Origin: Dirinaria sp. TL-2023a
Lineage: Eukaryota
Assembly (NCBI GenBank): GCA_051941275.1
Contig: JAVEBF010000015.1
Coordinates: 1-55,934 of the forward strand
DNA: 55,934 nucleotides
Direction: 5' to 3'
Positions within the stretch are counted from its first letter, which is position 1. Each line of letters opens with the position of its first letter. Both the position numbers and the translations under genes were made by a program. Positions 1 through 13,561 of the stretch are shown in pieces. The notes under the pieces were generated by a model. That model saw only the letters and a list, made by a program, of their open reading frames with translations, made no database searches and was not told the origin of the DNA.

Positions 1-359
1 GGCTCGGCGCATTGAGTGGTTCAGCTCCTACCTAAGGTATGTCTACTACACCCATCATCAGGCACGCACTTAGTCCATAGCTGGAGTTTAAGCAAATGCC
101 AGTGCTCGACGAGCGTCTCGAGCAGCAGAACAGACATATCGTTTCCGTGGAGGGAGCCCCCACGGGCCCACGATCTTCTTCATGGATCGCTAAAAGAGGG
201 ATGGCAGTGGCCACTAGGGGGAACCCATGTGAATAGCAGTTCTATTCAATCTTCTCACTGAGGGGGTCCGAATATACAAAAGTATCTAAGCGAATTGACT
301 ACGGAGTACATGAACTCCATACCTAGGCGAATGTATCATACCTAAGCGTTCGACTACCT

Positions 360-1267
360 CTAGGCAGGGTCATCCTCATACCGTTGCCGATCACCGTGAA
401 CATGGTTCGGTACATCTTCTCGCATTTGTCGTGCTTTCTCAAGGCGCGCCACCCACAATCCAGAACCGGCTGCTGTCGTCAGTAGAAAGAGCATGCTAAG
501 CACCGGGATTAACTGCAAAATCAGTGCCACTGTCCCAAACCATGTATAACGTAACCTTCTTGCCTTGACGAACCGACGTTTCTCTGTCTTCGTCAACCCA
601 AGGAGTTTGAAGTATCTATGATGATGGAGCGGCCCGGCTCGATACCCCGTCAAAAGTAGAAATATTGGCGTTCCCGCCACTGGTATGAGGTTCAATGGTA
701 GGAAGATGATGAATTCTAATATTTGCCTGAAAGAGAAGGGCGAATACACCGCCGAAGCCACCGGCTTCCCGAGCGTCTTCACGGGATCACTTGCGTCCAT
801 GTTGAGAACTCTCGATCTTTTGACGAGGTCCGCCAGCCCTTCGTTGATCAACACAGCGTCGAACGTGTCGACCAGTGTTTCATCGACAAGGAAAGCCTCG
901 AACAGCAATGCGACTATGGCAGCCCCCTCGCCCAGAACAAGGAAGGCGCCGTTGATCCACGCTAAGGTCTGCCCATGGAAAATGGCCAGGAGCATGACCT
1001 GCGGAAGGTAGGTCCATAGGAACAGGTTGGTGAGAACGAAGAGGGAGAGAAGAAGGCAGGGGATGAGGCGCGCACGGAGGACAGGATATAGGAATGGGTG
1101 TGCGAAGAAATAGTAAATTCCCTGGAGACGCATCGTTAGGCTTATCGACCCGTTACTGCTTTGGGTCGCTTGCACACCTTGAATGGATAGAGCCAAGAAG
1201 CCTGAGTCACCGCACGTGCCTCTGTCCTGATGTACGCAAGACGGCCCGAGTCCCACGCCGATGCCAT
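360..1267 (-). CDS. EI24/Lds2-Rrt8-like multi-pass membrane protein (2 exons; intron 1122-1177)
   Basis: Exon 1 from ATG 1267 reads MASAWDSGRLAYIRTEARAVTQASWLYPFK. A GT..CTAAC..AG intron then joins it in frame to GIYYFFAHPF. Family-typical segments: LPLNLIPVAGTP, HHRYFKLLG, FGTVALILQLIP. Confidence 0.8.
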
Positions 1268-2499
1268 GAGGTTTTTGGCTGAAGAGGGTTGGTTGCTCTT
1301 AGGTTGCTCTTAGGTTGGGACTATCGGGACTATTGGGACTACTGGGACTACTGGGACTGGTAGAGAGGATCATCAACCTGGCATGGGTCGGCAATCGCGG
1401 TACTTTCCCATCCTTGTAAAAGTATGTACGAGTCAGGTAAGGTCAGGTAGGTACTTGAAGGTACCGAGCTGGTACTGGTGATGCCATGCACTCGTACCGA
1501 GGACGGGGAACCCTTGGCCTTGGCTCATCTGACATCTGAGCACCTTCTGCTCGTTCCGACTTGGCACGACCCCCATCAGGACCATTACTGTGATTTACTA
1601 TGATAACACTCCCACGTCCAGTACACGGACTAGCCTGTAAGTAGGTGTAGCAGCTGTTCAAGGGGAAGGGAAGTGGCGATTGCCATCTCGTCGGATCTAC
1701 CCCTACATTACAGTACTTGACATCAGGAGCTTAAGGTACCTAGGTACCTTACGGTACTTTTGATCTACACACAGAGCACCTACAGTGAAGTACCTGATGT
1801 AGCTAAGGTAGGAGCTTAGGTAGAAGCTTGGCACTGTTAGCTGGTAGCTTCCAATAGGTCCATCCCGCTATCCGGCAACAATGACGGAACGAGAAGCCGC
1901 CGAACCGCCTTCTCTGAGTCTCTCTCCTCTGTCTCTATCAGTCTATCTCTATCTCTCGGTGAGCTCTCCGTTTCATCCACTCACGTTCCTCACTTGATGA
2001 AAGTTAGGCAACATGAAGTACTTGTCCTCTACTGGACTCGTATCTGCAAAAATCAACTTATTCATTCACATCATGCTTACCAACAATGATGCACTCCTCT
2101 TTATTCCCCCGCACAGGAAGCGCCTCTTCCTTTTCGCAATGCCCTCCCAAACAGCTTTGCGGGCTAGAATTTTGGTACCCACCACCATTATTGATTACGA
2201 TTTCCATTACAACCTTAGGTTGGCCTTGTCACAACCCTCCAGAAAAGCTATCAGGCAGCAACGTTGAAGCCTGAGAGGAAGTTCTACGAAGCAGATGTAC
2301 TGCCCTGCGTAAAGCTCATACAACCGGCACGACAGTACAAGGCCAAATGAACGCCGACGCTGAAAGATGAATAGAGGGCAACAATGAGAATTCAGCCCCA
2401 TCCTATCCCTCCTCGCCTGACGTTCGTGTCCCGAGCAACGTAAAGCAGGAAGACGAGGATCAGTGCGGACCCGTCAATGGCACTGAAGCTGTACTGGCG

Positions 2500-3912
2500 A
2501 CGACCTTGAGCACAACTAGGTCTCGTGTATCCTACGTTAATCCAGCGGCCTCGCCTGACGGCGGCCGTGAGAGCATGGAGCCAAGTGTTGGGCTCCCACC
2601 TCCTCGTTTGCAATACCTGGGGGCTTATAAACAGCTTCGGCGTTTCCAGACATACTACGTTGGCGCCCTCGGACACCCTCAGTCTGATAACAGCTGGGTT
2701 GGCTCTACGCAAATTTGGTTGCTCTTCTTCATTGGTACTTTCTCAGGTTGTGCAACTGATTATGGGTTGTATAAGTCAACCATTTCTGTGGGATTGTTTG
2801 TCATGATTTTTGAATCTTCATGACTTCCTTGTCTACCACGTATGGTCAATTTACATTCAATGTCTAGGAGGGTACAATTGACTTCGACAGTTACTGGCAG
2901 CTTTTTCTCACTCAAGGTCTATGCACGGGCATAAGTGATGGGCTCCCCTTCTGCCCTGCTCTGGCTACCCTCTTGACACACTTTACTGAGAGAAGATCTT
3001 TGGCTATTGGTATTGCGGTTTCAGGTACTGCCATCGGCGGCTTGATATTTCCCTCGATTGTACAGCAATTACTATATGAAAGAAAGATCGAGTTTTGTTT
3101 AGACCGTCAGAGTTCTAGGCTTCGTCATGCTTGGTACTCAAACTGTTGCCATTGCTCTCACCAGGCAGCGGCTGCCGCTAAGTCCGGCCCTTGGGTAAAG
3201 TGGCCCGCTTTCAAAGAGCTTCCTTACACAATGGTCGGCGCTGGTTGGTTATTTTTATTCTTCTATTGGAAGAGATGAGCCCACCGTATGCTGATAGGAC
3301 CATGCATGTTTATAAGCTTCTGGGGTCTTTATTTCGCCTTTTACTACGTGCGTTCCCAGACAACGACACATTTCTCGTGCTTACCTTTGATAATGATAGG
3401 CTGGTTCTTTCGCCCGCAATATCTTGGGCCTCACAGACATTGCATCATTTGATGATCTCCTTATTGCTAATGGCGTTGGAGTGATTGGACGGTTAGTCCC
3501 TGCTTACATTGCTGGCACGTACTTTAGGCCGCTCAACACCATCATTCCATTTGCACGCATAACGGGTTTCCTGCTCTGTTCCTGGGCTGCCATTTCCTCT
3601 AGTGATGGCCTGGTCGCGTTTGACGTTTTATACGGTCTCTCTGCTGCTGGAATTCAGAGTCTCTTCCTAGCAACTTTATCGTTTTTGACAATAGATCTAA
3701 AGAAAGCGGGTGTAAGGATGTGTATGGTCTTCGGTCTTGTTAGCTTTGCTTCTCTGACTGGGTCACCTCTTGGAGGAGCACTCATTGGGAAGGATAACGG
3801 CCGTTTCCTGTACGCGCAAATGTTCGTCGCCAATACGTTGATTTGTGGTTGCTTGATCCTACAGGCAGCACGTATAAGAAAATCAGGACTGCGTGTGCAA
3901 GCAAAAGTGTGA
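2500..3912 (+). pseudogene. Degenerate monocarboxylate-transporter-type (MCT/MCH) MFS permease
   Basis: Motifs PDGG-xRAW, NTWGLINSFGV-FQTYY, SWVGSTQIWLLFFIG, RRSLAIGIAVSGTAIGG and LTGSPLGGALI are spread over several frames. Frameshifts at ~2567, ~2644 and ~3090; TAG at ~3100 where Trp is expected (W-TVRVLGF). Start approximate. Confidence 0.75.
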
Positions 3913-6900
3913 CACTCTCGACAATTCCGATACGGTTTCAAGAGGCCTCACTTGACACGTTCGGAATCAAACCGCGGCTTTGGCCGAGCTACGGTTTCAC
4001 TAAACACCCGACGGAGATCCCACCGACTTTCGATGCCGAATCAGATACCAGTATGAAGATCCGCTTATGTCATAATACATCTAAGCCGTAAGGTAAGGTA
4101 GCGTGCCTCGAGGTGTTCGATGCGGATGACGTGCCGTTCCGAAATCTTTCAATGGGAGACATCCACTGCAATTTCCACTTTAGTATGTTGTCTTATGCAC
4201 TTGATGAGCTCAGATTCGGTTCAGCAACATTGAATGGTGATAATGAAGGCCAGCAGTGCAAGACTTACGGATTTCTTTGTATGTAATGAAAGACCGACGG
4301 AAACGTATGCATCCACGGAAGCCGACCTTTTCTAGCTACAGCATACAAAACGCTACACAAGCACACGGACATAGACTCGAATATGTTCTCTCTACCGGGC
4401 CTCGGTCTAAATATTCAATAGTCCTGCACATTGGGGTTCATTCCCGGGACTATTCGAGCAGATCTTCGAAATTTGGCCTTTTTTGGGCTCACGTGCCGAT
4501 GTTGAAATAAAATCCTTTTGAGACTCTCGTTTTTCGTTGGCTGAGAGGACTTCAGTCTACTTATGATTTTGTTGAAATATCTCCTAGAACAGATGCAGGA
4601 ACAGAATCTGCCTCGGCGGACTGCAAAATAGGCTTCGCAGCCTGCTTTTGCCCTGAAATTGTGTCGCGATGCCAGTGTTTTTGTCGCAACCTCTAACGTT
4701 AGCCAGTAGCACAAGATAAGGCGATCATCCAGACCGCCTCTAAGACACTACATCCCTAAATCAGGTATCGAAGGAAGACGGCAGTCGGACCCCTCTTCCC
4801 CGTGCATGCTGTCACAGTTGGACGTGTCTTAAACAGCTTGTCGATGACCGCACGACATATCTACGGGCAAATGGCTCGCGTGATGTGCCATATCAGGTTC
4901 CTCTATCCGTCTGCTAGCAGATCTCGTCATGAGCATGCAGAACTAAGACTTTCGACAATTGTGACCGGTAATTTGACAGGTCTCTTCAGAGCTTTAAGGA
5001 GAAGAATTGACGCACGATCCCGTCGCTTATTGAGAACTCTCCGGTCGTTGCATACTATTGCCACGAATAGTAACATCCCCATATGACATGCTTCTCTAGA
5101 CCACTGACAGTGATGTCTTTTCATTGGGGCTATGTCATTGCACCGGCTCACAAGTCGACGTTTCATAGCATGTTTACTACGTATGCTAGCGCGAGGCCAA
5201 GACTCAATAGGGGAGTATACGAACCAAAGATTTCAACTCTGCTGATATTTCGGAAGAGTTTTCTCTGTCTAGGCACAAGTAGGTGCTACTGCTGCTTATT
5301 CGAGCTTCGAGCCGATCTACTCCACCACAATTCCTTTCATGCTGAGATGAAGCATTCAGTAAATTATTTTCTCGCGCGGACGGTCTTCGGCGATGTGTAA
5401 AAAGGGCTTAGGGATTCCTATTCGGTCCGACTACAAAAGCAATAATTCCTCACAGGGATCGGCGTCGAAAGACACAGGTGGTGACCAGTCAATTCCGCAA
5501 GGTTGTACCAACCTGCATTCAAAGGTGCCTATGAACAATTAATGGCGCGCTTCCGTTCTTGTGGGTCATGTCGCCATGGAACAGGAACACCTAATCAACG
5601 GTGCCACGTGTTGGTGTGGGGTCCTTCAACATCACTTTCCAGACTTCTTTGGTTCACACAAAGCCTACGACCTCCGATGGCAGGGACATCTCGGCACGTA
5701 TAGCGAGCTTGCACGACCCAAGCCTCGATCGCCGTGATATTAGAAGACCCACGGCTGAAAGCAGACACATCCAGACGGTACAAGAGGGAAGCCAGTTGCC
5801 GGAATGGCACCAAGATTACGAGTCACACGATCATCGAACTATCACTAAAAGTCCGGTTCGTTGGCAATGCGGCATCTACAGCTTGTCACTGCCTGCACCA
5901 ACTATCAATTTGTCAATACAATGTCAATATAAAGCGTCAAAAGAAGTGCCCTTCCTTGGCTGTTCGTCATCCTTCTCACTTGACCTTTGGGCAATGCAAC
6001 AACAGAGTTCTGCCGAATCCCAAATACATCGTTCATACATTCACGAGGCATTCTATCAACACCGAAAATTACCAATTGACCAAGCTCCAATAAATATCGG
6101 ACCAATATGTCTTTGCCAAACCCGCCTCAAGCAGCCGAGGGACATAATACAGCAGCGATCGATCCCCGCCATGAACGCTGCATTGGTGGGCGCACAGTCA
6201 TGACTTGTCCGTCATGCGCTGGCAATCCAACTCGGTAGACTCCTTCCAAAGCTTCCTTCTGGCCTCGAGGGCCTTTGACGCTACAATGACAGATTTAACG
6301 ATATGCTATCTAGGCACACCTGCGGCGACTGCGGCGGAAGGGGTAGTATCCTGTTCTGGTGCCGTCACTGCAATTCTCAGAGCTCGACTGCGGGACAAAG
6401 AATTCCAAGCGGAGCAAATCCCGAGGCACCGGGGCAGGGCAGTAGGGGAAACGGAGGAGGAAACGGCCACGGTGCTTTCGGACTGGGAGGCCGCTAGCTT
6501 TGGCCGTTAGACCGCGAACAAGAAGCACAAAGGTGCTCACATGAACAAAAAGTGGTGACAAGCCTGCATCACGGCAGGTGCGTGTGTCGACGTGACATGC
6601 TGTACGAGTCGCAGGACATTCTAGATTCGGTCTGTAACGCTCGTTCAAACTATACACTCTACTAAACGGACCCGAATGCGTGGTGCTGGGATTTCCAATC
6701 CTGTTCTGCGGTATGCGCTTTTTGTTTTCGTAAGCAGGACGCGGACAAATCCGTGTGTGTGCAGTGCGCCCCATTCTGCAGTTGGCCCTCGATCTCAAGG
6801 CTCGACTGCATCCATCGACGCAAACCCAATCATTCCCCTCGTACTATTGCAGTTTAGGGATAGCAGCCGCTGGAAGTGAAGGCTATTCCACGAAACAATA

Positions 6901-8974
6901 GGATCGCGACGATGGCACCCATCTCCATTACTCTACCCAGCAGCTGCTACTTGACGTAAGCGTAAGGGAATCATCGGCACCCGATAGATGCAACCACGAT
7001 GTTTTTGCATAAGTCGAGATCCACGGCCATGGCTCGCTCTTCGAGTAAGCCTGAATGCAGCGCACTACCGACTTAGCACGTCTTAGCCGCAATGATTAAG
7101 GAAGGTAAGTGAAGTAGTAAGAGGGCAAGATATCAAGAGTATATGCGGCATCTAAGGGAGGTGTGGGAGTTACGTATCCCCATCCCCTTCCCTCTCCTAC
7201 CACCTGTTTCCGAACGAGAGTCTTCGGGACACCTCTTTGACCATAGAGTCTGGCGTGTCGTGTCGCGCTCCAGTAATCAAGGGTTTGGATAATCTGTAGA
7301 AGCACCGCAAAGGATTCTCTCTCTACAAGCGGGCAGAGACATGACAAATCGTGGAAGTCCAGTTGCACCGCTGGAAGCTCTGCGTGGATCAGCTGATCAA
7401 TCTTCCGCTCTGATACGACTTCCGCCGGACTTGCCCCTGATATGCTTCTCACTCATTCTCACAGGGAATCCTTCCGTCACTTCCAAAAACCCCATTCTTG
7501 AGTTTTCCCGGATCCCGCTTATCCTATCATGCTATTGCACGATTACGTCTTCCTATTATCTTAGGACAGGTCCAAAGTTCCTCGATAATGGTATCTTTAG
7601 ATATCTGCTTTGCTTTGCTCCGTTAGAGCTGGGGAGAGAAATGCATGGAGAGCTCTTTCAATGGCGTGAACGAGCCTCGAGGATTTCCATGACCCATTGA
7701 GTCTTTCTTCAACATGTCCCTGATCCATGCCACTAGTATGTCTGCAGTCGGATTTCTCAAGCGCTGAAATTCGGCAGGTACAAGTACTTCTCTACTCGGG
7801 TATCCGAAATCGTTGTCGGTTGCTTTAACTGATCGGCATTCTTAGACACGCAGGCCTGGAAAGGCTGATAATGTCATACCGCCGCCATTAGCACCGTTTT
7901 TACCATCTACACCTGAGACATGATTATAGCAGCAACATGCCTAGTCCTCGACATGACAGATCTAATCCTCTTCGCTCGGGAAGCTTTGCTGCCATTCATA
8001 AACCTCTGTGCTGCAGGTCTAGACGACCGATACAGTACACAATCTTTCTTATCCACGATGTTTTTAACTGTTACCGTACTGCTTGACATGTAGGGCGGCG
8101 TTTACTATCCTTGATGGCATGAGCTGCATGGAGCCATTCAGGCTCCTGGCATTCTGGTATGTACATCCTTGTTTTTTTTTTGGGTTGGCCTGCTAGGGCT
8201 GATGCAGCGTTAATAGTAAGTCCTTGCCTAGACAGGTATTCGAAGCGACACTGGTCTACGCACTCGTCATTGGCTTTTAATGAGCCCTAAGCATAACCCA
8301 TATCAGCGTAGAAGGATGCTTGGCCTACAACCAAATGCAGCATTTGTGTATCTGCCTATTGATACCGAGAACGGCCCTATGACAGGGAAAGAGGTTTTCG
8401 GAGACGTATGCGGAGCCGCCAATGATAATTCAGGAGCTCAGAGGACACTGTACGTGGAATGAACAGACCGCAGTGGCAGCTATGAAATGCTCGAGGAGAT
8501 GGAACTCAACTGCATATCTATGCTGCCGTGCATCAAATCCTCTTATCCAGCTCGAGGCTACCGTCTTCCACTCCGTAATACCACCCTAAACGGACGCATG
8601 CATTATTTCCCACATACTATCCTGGGTGTTTTCCTGCTAAATTGTGGGAATAGTTCGAAAACGAAGCTTAAGCGGCTTCGCCCCATATTGGCGTCATTCC
8701 GTACCTATGACTGAAACTCAGCCAAAGGATCACTACGACTGGACGTAGCGAAGGATAGTCGTGTGAACACTAGCCGACCTTTAAGAATTGCTTGGTCAAT
8801 TAGCTGGAGGTTAGCTTGAATTGCGGTCCCTCATTCGCTCATGCCCATCTCCAAATCATAATGGGCAATTAGGAGATGAATTGGTTTCCCATTACTTCAC
8901 CTCCACGAAGTAATATTATCGTCACACTTCTTGTTCTGCCATTCCCTCATCGGCCCCTCAACAATGTTGCTCTA

Positions 8975-9601
8975 TCACCCCCCGCTTCCGCCTCCACTCC
9001 CTGATATCTCCTTCCCCAACTCCTCCACAGCAACCTGGCACTCCACGACCGCCCTCACCCCCTCTCTCCACCTCTGCCCCAAACCCTCCACATCCACCCT
9101 CCGCGCCTCCTGCATCCCCTTCCTCTCCCGATTCACGCCTTCCACCTGCTCCCTGGCCTCCACTACTTCTTTCTCCACGGCCCTCAAAATATCCTCCAGC
9201 TGCGAATTATGCACCAACCACGCATTCTTCCCAAACTCTTGCGCTTGCAGCGACAAGTTCTGGTTTCTGTGCGAGAGGTACGTGGACGCCGTGTATGCCG
9301 CGCGCAGCGCTGACGGATCTGGAGAGGACGAGGAGGATGAAGAAGAAGAAGAAGCAGGCGCTTCGTAGCGCTCAGTGGAGATCCCAGTCAGAGGGGTGGA
9401 GGCGGCGATGCGATCTTGTTCCGAGGTGAGGAGCGGGGTCAGCGACGAGGGAGGGAGAGCGGGGAGCGACGGGTGCAGGGTCTGTGTCTGAGTGGACGAG
9501 AGCGAGGAGATTATGAGTGCGCGGGCGGCGTTGAGGGCGCGGGGCGATGGAGGCGCATCGATGTAGGGCAAGGAGTCGTGGGTGCTGCTCGTGAGCGGCA
9601 T
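8975..9601 (-). CDS. SPF27: Pre-mRNA splicing factor SPF27/BCAS2 (Cwf7/Snt309) family
   Basis: MPL..HDSLPYID N-terminus, NLSL..EFGKNAWLVHNSQLE motif, C-terminal coiled coil VNRERKGMQ...LGQRW. ATG at 9601, single exon. Confidence 0.9.
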   Translation of the reverse strand: MPLTSSTHDSLPYIDAPPSPRALNAARALIISSLSSTQTQTLHPSLPALPPSSLTPLLTSEQDRIAASTPLTGISTERYEAPASSSSSSSSSSPDPSALRAAYTASTYLSHRNQNLSLQAQEFGKNAWLVHNSQLEDILRAVEKEVVEAREQVEGVNRERKGMQEARRVDVEGLGQRWREGVRAVVECQVAVEELGKEISGSGGGSGG

Positions 9602-11320
9602 TGTCGTAGCTGAGTCGGGAGACTTCAAGGGATCTCAGTGTGTGGGAGATGCTGGCCTTGGGGTGTGGGTGCAAGAAGGTAGCGCATCGGGGAGGCTGAG
9701 GAGCGGTCTCTGCTGCGGCTGAAGAGTTGATTTACAAAAGGCTCGATACTTCGGGCAATAATATGTATGTATCTTCGAGACCGTGAATTGGGTTCAACTA
9801 AGTTACAGTATCGCTAAAGATCGCATGCTACTGGTGCCGCCGCTGTCCTGCCACACTATCCTTAACGCTAGGCCTTATTAGGCAGGAGGATCTATGCCTG
9901 ATTCGATAGTAGCCTTCACATATGTATTTCCTGCGCTGTAAGAAATAATAACAGATGTTCATTATCAAAAGATGGGCTTGCCCCCTCTCAGACCTTCTCA
10001 CATCCAAGACATATCTATTAAAAGCTTCAGATAACACGGATCTGGGAAGTCGAGTATAGGAGCGCGTGTAGAGATATTAACCTGCACGTTGAAGTAGCGC
10101 GGAACGAAATATCTTATTAGACATAGATTTTTCTTGATTGAATCTACTTATTATCTTATCTGTCGAAATGCCTTTTAGGATTCGGAGGAACAGCAAAGTC
10201 ATCTTTTCATACCACGTCTTGAACATTGAACAATTCATCCATTTGAATGTGACACTTTCGTGATGGATCGACTCGATCCATTGTCACTTTGTTAGAACAA
10301 TTTGACTCGAAAGTCGCACTGCCCTGCCTGAAAGCAGAGAAATGGAATATATTCCAACTCTGAGGTATCAAGAGGGTCTGAGCTATTGGTGGATGAGAAT
10401 GAATCAAGTTGAGGACTTGCGATAGCGGGGATGGGATTACTGTATGATAATGCCGGCAGATGCTTGGCGATCCTTACCTTGGTTGTAGCCAGTGACGCAA
10501 TTGGGGCTTCGTTCCATGTTTCGTTTCATCCCCGCCTCCGCTTTCTCCAATCCTAGTAAAAAATAATGAGACAGATAATTCTCATTGGTTTCCACAGGAC
10601 TGCGCCAACAGACCTGATTTCAAATGCTTGATTTGTCGTTGACCCGTACCTCTGGCGAGCGAGCAGGACACATGACCATGTTTCATTAAACTCACGTCTC
10701 CGATCAACTCAAACGAGCCATACAGCTTTTGCTACCGAGTGGACTGTATGCGAGCAGCAGATTCGACTACGATGTGTGAGATGTCGAGGCCGCTTTCTAC
10801 AAGGGAGATCCTTCGTTCAGGCGTTGTGGGTTCCGAGTACAGTTCGAAGACGCTGTTCACGGATACTGCCAGAATCCTTTGAAACCCTCTAGATTATGAC
10901 GTGGTCACATGAAGATAACGCTCTTCATGATGCTTGTGGCTGAAAAGCATCGTCGCGCTAAAAATGCATGCATTATTTTCAAATATTATTTACTTTTGTT
11001 GTCCAAGCAAGGATTATGCACGGCACGGCACTTTAGTACATGGCTGTGATTCGGCGATCCATGCCACCTACTATCTATAGTATCTTCAATGTATATTGGA
11101 TGGACATCTTAACAATTATTATAAGTATGCTCGCAGCCATGGTTTCTTACAACAATAACCGCTCCCCTTTGCTGCATTTTGAACAATCGCAAGGACAAGC
11201 TGCACCAACTCGTGCCCCTGCATGGAATACTACCTGGCCGGACGTTGCGCTGCAGTCTCTCTTTCCTTCTGTTGAGACATTTTCCTTCAGCAATTTCGTT
11301 GCTGGTAATACGGTTTATTC

Positions 11321-13561
11321 ATGGACCCATTATCGTTTAGTGCTAGCCTGATCGCTGTGATCGGCGCAGCTCGAGCTGGCTCTCGGGTTGGCGCAGAAGC
11401 CCTTCAAAAATTAGCTGCGTATCGACACGCTCCTCAAGAAATTCATACCCTGAGAGCAGAGCTAGAACGATTCGAGCAATTGTTGGAGCAAGCTACTAAT
11501 GTAGTAAAGGATGTGGACAAGTCAACATTGCAATCTCGGGGCCAGATCCTGGCACAGGAAGTGGATAAAGTGGGCAAGAAAATTGAAGAGATCAATCGCT
11601 TGCTCTTCGCTTCTAAAGGGTTCATCGCCAAACTCAGTGATGAGAAGCAGGCAAAGGTTGTCTGGATGCAGAATAAAAAGAATATAAAAAATGTTCAAGC
11701 GGATTTGAAGGAGGTCTGGAATACTCTCAACTGTGCCTTGGGGATTTTAACTGCGTAAGCAGCCGCTAGCCTCAGAATGAGTAAGGCACTATTCGTCTGA
11801 CTCGCATGTCAATTTAGGTCAACCACACAGGGCATGCGCCAGTCCGTTGAAACCTGCGTCATGTTAGGGGTAGCAAACTCAGAGAGACTTGCAGCGTTAG
11901 CCGAGAACATGGCGAATATTGAGGAATTAGCCCGTTACACAGCAGCGGACAGAAAGGTTGTCCACACGAGTACAAATTCTGATTCATTGCTAGCACCAAG
12001 ATCGAGGCTTGAAAACTCCCGACCGCAATCGGAAGGCGCGAAGTCAGAATTTGAATGGCAAGTCACGCCGAGGAACACTCAAAAATGCGGTTCCTGGTGT
12101 AGTTGCCGTTGTCATTCCCGCACGACCTTCAAAATGCCAGTTTTACTCACCAATGTGCTGGGCCACGTTACTCTCGAATATACCAGCAATAGGACGAAAT
12201 GCGATGAACACAGCTGCCGCAGATCAGCCAGTTCGTTCAACCTGAGCTATAACCTTCCCTGGTACGTGGCAACAAAGTATCTATCTTTCAGTATGATGTA
12301 CACCCCTTTATACGGGACAAGGGCCAATCTACGAATGCCCAGAGTCATGGATTGGAGGCATCTATTATGGATGTATGCTAACGACGGCAACATTATCGCC
12401 ATCCAAGGGCTTTTTTCTACATCCAAAGCCACCCCACATGACGTTAACCAGATGGGTCAGACAGCTCTTTATTACGCCACATCACATCCTAAGCTCTATC
12501 GATTCTTGATAGAAAATCGAGGAGACCCAAATGTGGCAGATATCTATGGAAATAAGCCTAATGAGCTCATCGGCGAACGTCTTCTGTGTGGAGAACTAGA
12601 AGAAGACGATGCCTACGCAATCAGTGAATCACTCGAGGAGACGGACTTTATGGAGACACGACAGTTTACAATTATCCATAAGATAGTCCTGGGCATTGTC
12701 AAAAGAAATCTGAAGGATGAGTTAGAGGTTTCCACAGCGCTAGTCAATTCCACCGACAACAAAGGCCGTACACCACTGGCTTGGGCTACTCTTCGAAAGG
12801 ATCTTCCCACAATTAGTACGCTGCTTGCTTTCGGCGCCGACCCAGACATAGCTGATGACAATGGCGACACTCCCCTACACTTCGTCCGCAGCTGTGAAAT
12901 ATGCTCCGCGCTTCTCGCCGCCAAGCCTGATGTACATGTCGTCAACAAGACACTTCGTCAAGTATGCCTCCATACCATCTGCAAGGGCGTAGAGGACAAG
13001 CCTGAATTGATTGAACTCCTTCACGACGCAGGGGCAAATATCGATGCTCGAGATGCCGATAGAGAGACGCCTCTGCTGAATGCTATATTCAAGAAGCATA
13101 CCGGCACCGTTCGTAAGCTCATTGAGTTGGGCGCCGATGTCAATGCTGCTAATTACTCGTCGCGAGAATCACCTATCCTCTTCGCTGCCTCTTTTGATCA
13201 TTATGAGATAATACCGATGCTCCTGGAGCACGGTGCCGACTACCACGCAACGACCCGTTATGGCCGAAGCATAGCCCACAATGCAGTCATCAATGGAGGG
13301 TCACAAATATTGATGACGCTGGCAGCTATGGATCTGACTGGCCTTGATCTTTCTCTGAAAGATGACACCGGAAGGACGGCGGCACAGTACATGGCCGAAC
13401 GAGAGTTCTTTCCAGAATCGGAGGCCGAAACCCGTGAAGCTTTTGAGATGTTGCAGCAATCGATCTTGGGTCGCGAAATGATTGCCGATGAAATGCCTAC
13501 TACTGCTGCCGGCGCCAAATCTGAGAGCGAGGTCCAACTTCCGGGTACATATCCTACATGA
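11321..13561 (+). CDS. Ankyrin-repeat protein with HeLo-like/SesA-type fungal N-terminal domain (intron 11755-11817)
   Basis: MDPLSFSASLIAV helical N-terminal domain. A GTAAGC..CTGAC..TAG intron joins the 145-aa and 575-aa ORFs in frame. Multiple ankyrin repeats (GQTALYYA, GRTPLAWA, GDTPLHF, ETPLLNA, ESPILFAA). Confidence 0.85.

Noticed and set aside
4200..8750. Many 60-200 aa ORFs; a hydrophobic stretch near 7920-8080 may be a gene relic
   Set aside because: No recognisable motifs, mostly non-ATG starts and no consistent exon chain, so no product can be supported.
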